From Marsupella aquatica (lineage: Eukaryota > Plantae > Marchantiophyta), in NCBI GenBank assembly GCA_973895155.1, contig OZ316899.1, positions 15,403,974 to 15,467,973 on the forward strand: 64,000 nt of DNA, in the 5' to 3' direction. The notes beneath the pieces are model-generated. The model saw nothing but the letters and a program-made list of their open reading frames with translations. It had not been told where the DNA came from and made no database searches. Positions 58,389 through 64,000 of the stretch are shown one piece after another (the stretch's first letter is position 1; the number at the start of each line of letters is the position of its first letter). A program made the position numbers and the translations under genes.

Positions 58389-60547
58389 GAGGTGTTTCCA
58401 TTTGGCAGTGTCTAACTCTTGATGCTCTTGCATGCATGCTCGGCCTTAAGTTTATCGAAGAAGTACTTTGTTGGTGCCTTGCCTAATTGCAGCCACCTAA
58501 CACTACTCTTCAATTTCAGCCTACAAGCATCGCCAAGAGCATGTTGTTGTGTCTAGACTTTGTCATGTCTCAGCTCTTTGACGGAGTTTAGACTCGAAGA
58601 GGGGCCGACCACAATCCAAAGCTCATGCAAATGGTTGCTAGGGTGAGAGGACAGTTTGAGTTTGGTTCTCTTACGCTTCTTGTTTTGAAGGTTTTTTTTT
58701 CACCGCTCCCCAGGCCAGATCCCAGTTCACCCAAGGATCCTGATCTACAATCATGTGATTTGCCCATGTCTTTCTATCCTGTCTCCCAAACTGAGCTAAA
58801 TTACTAACCTACCCCCAAAATCATTTTAATTGCTAGGTTGCCCCCCTTTTGTATATATGGGTTACATAACCATTTTACTTAACCCAGGGTGATTTCTCAT
58901 TGGTGGACTAACACGTGGTGAGGCGCTACTGGCTCTGCCTTACCCTGGCCAAGCTTGCCCTCACCTGGCTAGCTCTTTCCCAACAAGGGCTGGCCCCTCC
59001 CCCTTGCAAGTGTCAATTACAACTAGGATCCCAACCCTAATGACCTGGTTGGCTAGGTGCTGCAATTTCCCTTAAAAATGGGGTCCCACACTCCATAGGG
59101 GCCTGATGATCCTTGGGTCCCAATGATCCATGGGTCCTGATGATCCACCCTACTCCCACTTTTTGGAAGGAAAGAGGCCCCAATTCTATACATATTTTCC
59201 ATGCGTAAACAAACCCACATTTGGGCCTACCGCCTAATTTGAGTTGGGTCATCGGGATTTAGAACTTGAGAGGGGGACAGGCCAGCCCTGTTTGGTGCAG
59301 GGCTCATTCAAAAAATGGGAAAGAGCTAGCCCAATGAGGGTAAACTCGGCCAGGGTAAGGCGGAGCCAATAGTGCCTTGCCACTTGTTAGTCCACTGATG
59401 AGAAATCACCATGGGTTAACCAAAATTGTTAATGTAACCCTTGCATACAATGTTGGGGGAAACCAAGCAATTAAAATAATTTGGGGGTAGGTTAGTAATT
59501 TAGCTCAGTCTGGGGGACAGGTTAGTAAAAAGCTTTTTGCTCATGTTTCTTGCACAACTTGCTCAATTTCAGTAGTCTCAAATGCAGATGAGTCCATCTT
59601 GAAGTACATAGATTCCTCCGATGCCCAATATTGACAGTCCATTTGAGAACAGAAGTGGTAGATACCAAAATGTGATCCAAGAGAGTTTCTTTTCCATCGT
59701 GTGCACACGTTTGAACAAATTTGCACCACTCGTTATTTTCTATTGCTGCTGTAGTTCCTGTCCAATCTATCTGAGTAAATGGATTGCCTAGTGTAATGTG
59801 GCCCCATCCTGGATCTTGCATAGAGGAAATTGTCCACCAAGTTGAGGCGTTCCACCAGTTTGTTCCACGCCCTTACTTCTGTGCCATGTACGAGAGCGTT
59901 GGACCCACAACATCCCACAGCTCGATCATATTCCAGTCTCCACATATTATCCAGGTGGATTTATTTAGGTTCCTCCTGAGCCATTTCCACAGGTCAATCC
60001 TCCTCCTCCTCTCATTTGGTGCATAGATGGCTCCTATGCTAACCTTGCCCATAGTTGTCGTCATTCCTGCCCACACAAAAGTTCTGTCCCCATTGTTTCC
60101 ATGATTGAGGACTTGTTATTGTGGTGGAATAATCATAGCCACTCCCACTCTTCCGTTGCTATCAAGTGCTATCTACTAATTTCATGCCATCCGGGCACAA
60201 CATGTTTAGTTGGAACATAGTCCTCTCCTGTTGTATCTTCAATTCTTGCAAGCACAAGATTGAATCTTCCTACTTTCCTTTGCGTATCCAACTACCAATC
60301 TGTTTGATCTTCAGTAGATGTTGTGGCTTTATGTGCACTTTTTATGGCTTCAGTCTCCAGGCATAGGTTCTGCTGCTTCTCTTTCTATGATGGTTCCACC
60401 ATGGGTTTCAGATGCGTGCTCACTCCCATTGTGGCCAGCAATAGCGGTAGTGTCATGCCCCTCATCGATCACCTCAATGAGATGACTCAGGCCTTCTGGT
60501 GGATTACCAAAAGGGGGAGTAGTACCTCCTATAATTCCTTTGGTAGG
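58389..60547 (-). pseudogene. Decayed LINE (L1/Tx1-like) ORF2 fragment: AP endonuclease and linker
   Basis: ILCLQELKI, GAIYAPNE...WIICGDWNM, and VRWLQLGKAPTKYFFDKLKA near 58440-58510. Confidence 0.85.
58778..59521. mobile_element. Foldback/MITE-like element with inverted repeats of about 230-250 bp, inserted in the LINE
   Basis: CCTGTCTCCCAAACTGAGCTAAATTACTAACCTACCCCCAAA... mirrored by ...TTTGGGGGTAGGTTAGTAATTTAGCTCAGTCTGGGGGACAGG. Confidence 0.85.
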
Positions 60548-61070
60548 CAGGGATCATCCCTATCCGCAATTTAGACAGGATCATCCCTATCTATCTTTTG
60601 GACTCTTTCATCTCTATCCGCCTTTTGGACAGGGATCATCTTCATCCGCCGTTTGGATAGGGTTCATCCCTATCCAATATTTAGACACTCACGGATCATC
60701 CCTATTAACCGTTTTGGACAACGATCATCCGTATCCGCCTTTTGGACAGGGATCATCCCTATGCATTTTCAAGACAAGGATCACTCTATCCAGCATTTGG
60801 ACAGGGATCATCCCTATCCGGTGTTTGGACAAGGATCACCTATCCTCCATTTGGACAGGGATCATTCTTATCCGTTGTTTGGACAGGGATCATCCCTATT
60901 TGTTGTTTGGACAGAGATCATCATTATCCTCCATTTGGACAAGGATGATCTTTATCTGCTATTTTGGATAATGACCCTATCCTTCATTTGGACAGGGATC
61001 ATCCCTATCCAATGTCTGGATATTTAGTAATAAGGGATTTTAGGGCTAGATAGGGATCATCCGTATCCGT
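60548..61070. repeat. Tandem array of about 17 degenerate palindromic units of about 29 bp
   Basis: Core TTGGACAGGGATCATCCCTATCC. Confidence 0.92.
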
Positions 61071-61194
61071 AGTGTGGGTATTAGGTTCAGGTTTTTTTTG
61101 CTTCATATGCATTGTCCTCGGATAGGATTGACAACTTTTTGCTTCCTAGTTGGAATCATCTTTAACTGATAATTTATATTTCAAATGGTGCAGG

Positions 61195-61560
61195 TGAAAG
61201 AATGATGGGAATATTTGTGAGAGGCAACAATGTGATATTGACTATTGACGGTTACAACATTGCAAGCGGGATAGTTCAAAAAATCAACCCGGAGGATAGT
61301 GTTCAAAATATATTGTTGAGAGAGAATCGAATTGGAGTTCTCATTGACAAAGTTTTTGACCGAACCGCAAAACTACCATTTCCGATGCCTCGGGCAGAAA
61401 ACCTTTTTGATGCCATTGATTCTTGCGTTATTTGGGATTTGTCGTGCGCATATCTATCAACAACAACAAATTCTCAAAAACGCATCAGTGTAGGTAGTTG
61501 TTCAAATTGACCGGAGAGTAATTTGGAGAAAATCCCAATTGTAGAGGAGGACTCATCAAC
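61195..61560 (+). pseudogene. Exon with Tnp1/En/Spm-like domain (DNA-transposon fragment)
   Basis: IASGIVQKINP...GVLIDKVFD...LPFP...AIDSCVIWD has the same pattern as 36650-36880. Preceded by a TGCAG acceptor. Confidence 0.6.
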
Positions 61561-61578
61561 TACTCTGAGGCAAGGGGA

Positions 61579-64000
61579 TGTGATGCCTAGCCAGGAATCA
61601 CTAGGCCAGTTAAGTGGGGAAATGGAGGTGTACCCTATAAACACATTAGTATAGTAACAAAAACAAGGAAAATATAAACAATTAAGGGTGACTATGGAAC
61701 CCGGGCCGTGGTCGGAGGTAAGGACGCCGGGGGAGAGAACACGATTAGGGTTAGGGCGCGCTAAGCATCGACGGCTAGGGGTAACCAACGGGAGGAAAGA
61801 CTAGAGGAGGAGAGGGGTAAGGACCACTCGCGAGGAATGGTGGCTCATTGGCAAGCACGAATTGGGCAGACGACTACGGAAGGCCAACTACTGTCAGCTG
61901 CTTAGGCAAGCACTCGATGCAGGAGCAGATACCAACGATCGAGTCAAGGAGGGTATGAGCAACGTCAATCAAGCGGCACATTTTTGGGGATGCCTGTTCG
62001 AACGGGCAACTGAGTACATTAAGACTTACGAGGATGAAGAATCGGAGAGAGTAGCTCGAGAATGGCAGGAGCTTGCTTGACTATGGGAGCTGCAAAAGTC
62101 TGCCTTCTTAGGAGGAGAACTCATCAAGGCCGAGTTCTTGTGGACTCCTACTGCCAATCAGCTCGATGACCTTCTATTTTGCGAAGATAGAATCATCGGC
62201 ATTCGGGAAGCCATCAACCGCACTGGGAGTTGAAGGGTAGCACGGAGGGGTGGACAAAGGCAACTGTGCTAGGAGAAACATCCACGGCAGCCGAGATGAA
62301 GAGGAAAGGAAACAACAACGAAGAGGCCACCCCGGCAAAAAGAACGAGGTCGGCGGCACCAAGGAAGCCAGCAGAGCAGCAAAACAGGAGGCAGGGAGAA
62401 GCCAAAGAGGAGGAGGTCGATCCCATCAATGCCATTCCAACAAAGGATGACACCTGGAAAGGTTGGGCGGCGACCCTACCAGAGGAAGTGCAATTACAAT
62501 TTGCACAGGAGGAGGATGCATGCTTTACGGCCATGCAGACCAACAAGTAGCAGGGCTTCATGGTCGGATCTGGCTTGGAAGCCTTCATAAGATTACCATG
62601 GCTGAAGCCGGAGGTGCCGGACTCAGACTTATTAGAATTCGTGGGATCATGGGAACCCGAGACCAATTCCACGAGGGTGTATGCGAAGGATTTCTATCTC
62701 ACTCCCCGGGTGATTACCGAGGTGTTTGGCTTGCCGATGGGTAATAAGACCAAGGTTGATACCAGGAAGACCTTACCTGACAAGGAGTTCCGGTCATTCC
62801 CAGGACCATCAACGAAGAATGGCTTCTTCCGGAACACCTGCACCAACCCGCACATCGGAGAGATGATCGATTTCTTGCGGGTGACCATGCATTGTAACTT
62901 GCCGAGGGCAGAGATCGGCAAGGCTCAGGTCTACCTGGCAGAAAGGCCAGACCCAAGCCGAGATTACAACGGGTACCTCCGCAACCAACTGAAGAAGATC
63001 TTGAAGGAGGAATAGCAAGTGATCGGCGTGGGAAGCATGTCCCGGCTTGGCTATCACATGCCGCTGTTGTGCCGGTATGCCAGAAGTCAAATCTTTGCCC
63101 CAGTACTTCCCCTATCGGCAAGGGCACCGGACGAGGTTCCGGAGCAGAGGCCGGCAACAATAGAGCCCAACCAGCCTGCTAGTCCTACGATCGAGCAGGT
63201 GTTTCGACCAAGGAAAGAAAACTTGCCGATGCAGCAATCAGGCATGCAGAATCTGCTGAAATTGTTGGAGAAGGAGAGAATGGCACCGGCAACGGCACCG
63301 GTACAGGACACTGCCCCAGAGGCCGGCTTAAGCCGACTTAGGAGGGAAATCCTCTTTACCGGAGCCAACGAGAGAAGGAGGCCGGAACACAAGCCGGGAG
63401 TTCAAATGTATGTGGGAGCTTCAAGCCCCGAATCGGAGGCAGAGCAGCCTTAGGCTCCTTCCTGCGGAAAGCAGAGGGAGAGGACGGCCTGGAAACCAGA
63501 GGAGAAACAAGAGCCCGTGATCTGTGAGGCCGTTTTCATGGCAAGACCAGGGGAACAGAGGGGGAAGCCGGGAGTCCAAGCAATGGAGGAGGCGGTGGAG
63601 GACTACAACAATGATAACTCCGGCTATGGGTCGGATCATCATGTTCCAGGAGTAAGGAACTGTGGCCGATTTATCCCCACGCTTCCAAGAGTAGTTCGAG
63701 GGGACCCCACCCAGCAGAGTAGCCCCGAGTCTCCCCCACCAGAGGTTGCTCCCCCGAGCTTTGACGGCATAAAGCAGACGGCACAAGAATTTCAGGAGCG
63801 ACTTAGGGAGGAAGAGAAAGCAGCCCTGGCTAGGGAGAAAGATTTACCAGGAGGAGATTGGCCGGAGGACATCAGGCGGCTTGCCAAAAAATGAAGCAAC
63901 CCTCTTGCCACCGTAGAAGAAATCCGCAAGGCGGCTTGGGAACAGAGGCCGAGGTGGTTGATGCCGATGACTTCTACTTACTCCACCTATGCTAAAGATA
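61579..64000 (+). mobile_element. Family D left end (putative LTR) with a long accessory ORF, runs off the window
   Basis: TGTGATGCCTAGCC start, TATAAA at 61636, ORF fragments 61862-63894 homologous to 7705-8999. Confidence 0.75.

Noticed and set aside
60548-61070. CRISPR-like array of palindromic repeats
   Set aside because: The intervening segments are only 4-8 bp, the units are degenerate, there are no cas genes, and the context is eukaryotic TE sequence.
61567-61578. PPT before the family D terminus
   Set aside because: Purine-rich GAGGCAAGGGGA is present, but the upstream sequence is DNA-transposon-like rather than pol, and the 7422 copy has a different flank. It is probably target sequence.

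Overview
Gene-free, roughly 50% GC eukaryotic repeat cluster. The element types suggest a land plant, possibly a non-seed lineage; this is an inference. Almost all of it is nested, decayed transposons whose boundaries can be read from termini and target-site duplications (TSDs). Ty3/gypsy family A has four LTR copies of about 4 kb (865-4803, 11225-15191, 22573-26568, and 53386-58388, which is truncated). One near-complete A element (22573-58388) contains Ty3 element B (32451-53131, minus). B in turn contains a CACTA transposon (35784-44971) and a Bianca-type Ty1/copia (46634-52400). Also present are a chromovirus family C (four LTR copies), two 5' ends of family D, a solo LTR E, a PHD-finger Ty3 pol fragment, a LINE fragment, a foldback element and a palindromic 29-bp array. 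The three most unusual signals are: (1) family A LTRs carry a complete ORF of about 880 codons inside U3 with its own conserved TATA box, and a clear homologue starts just inside the family D terminus; (2) family C LTRs have TSD-confirmed non-canonical AGT...ACT ends; (3) a three-hairpin motif with compensatory changes is shared near the 3' end of A and E LTRs. No host gene, RNA gene or CRISPR array is supported.
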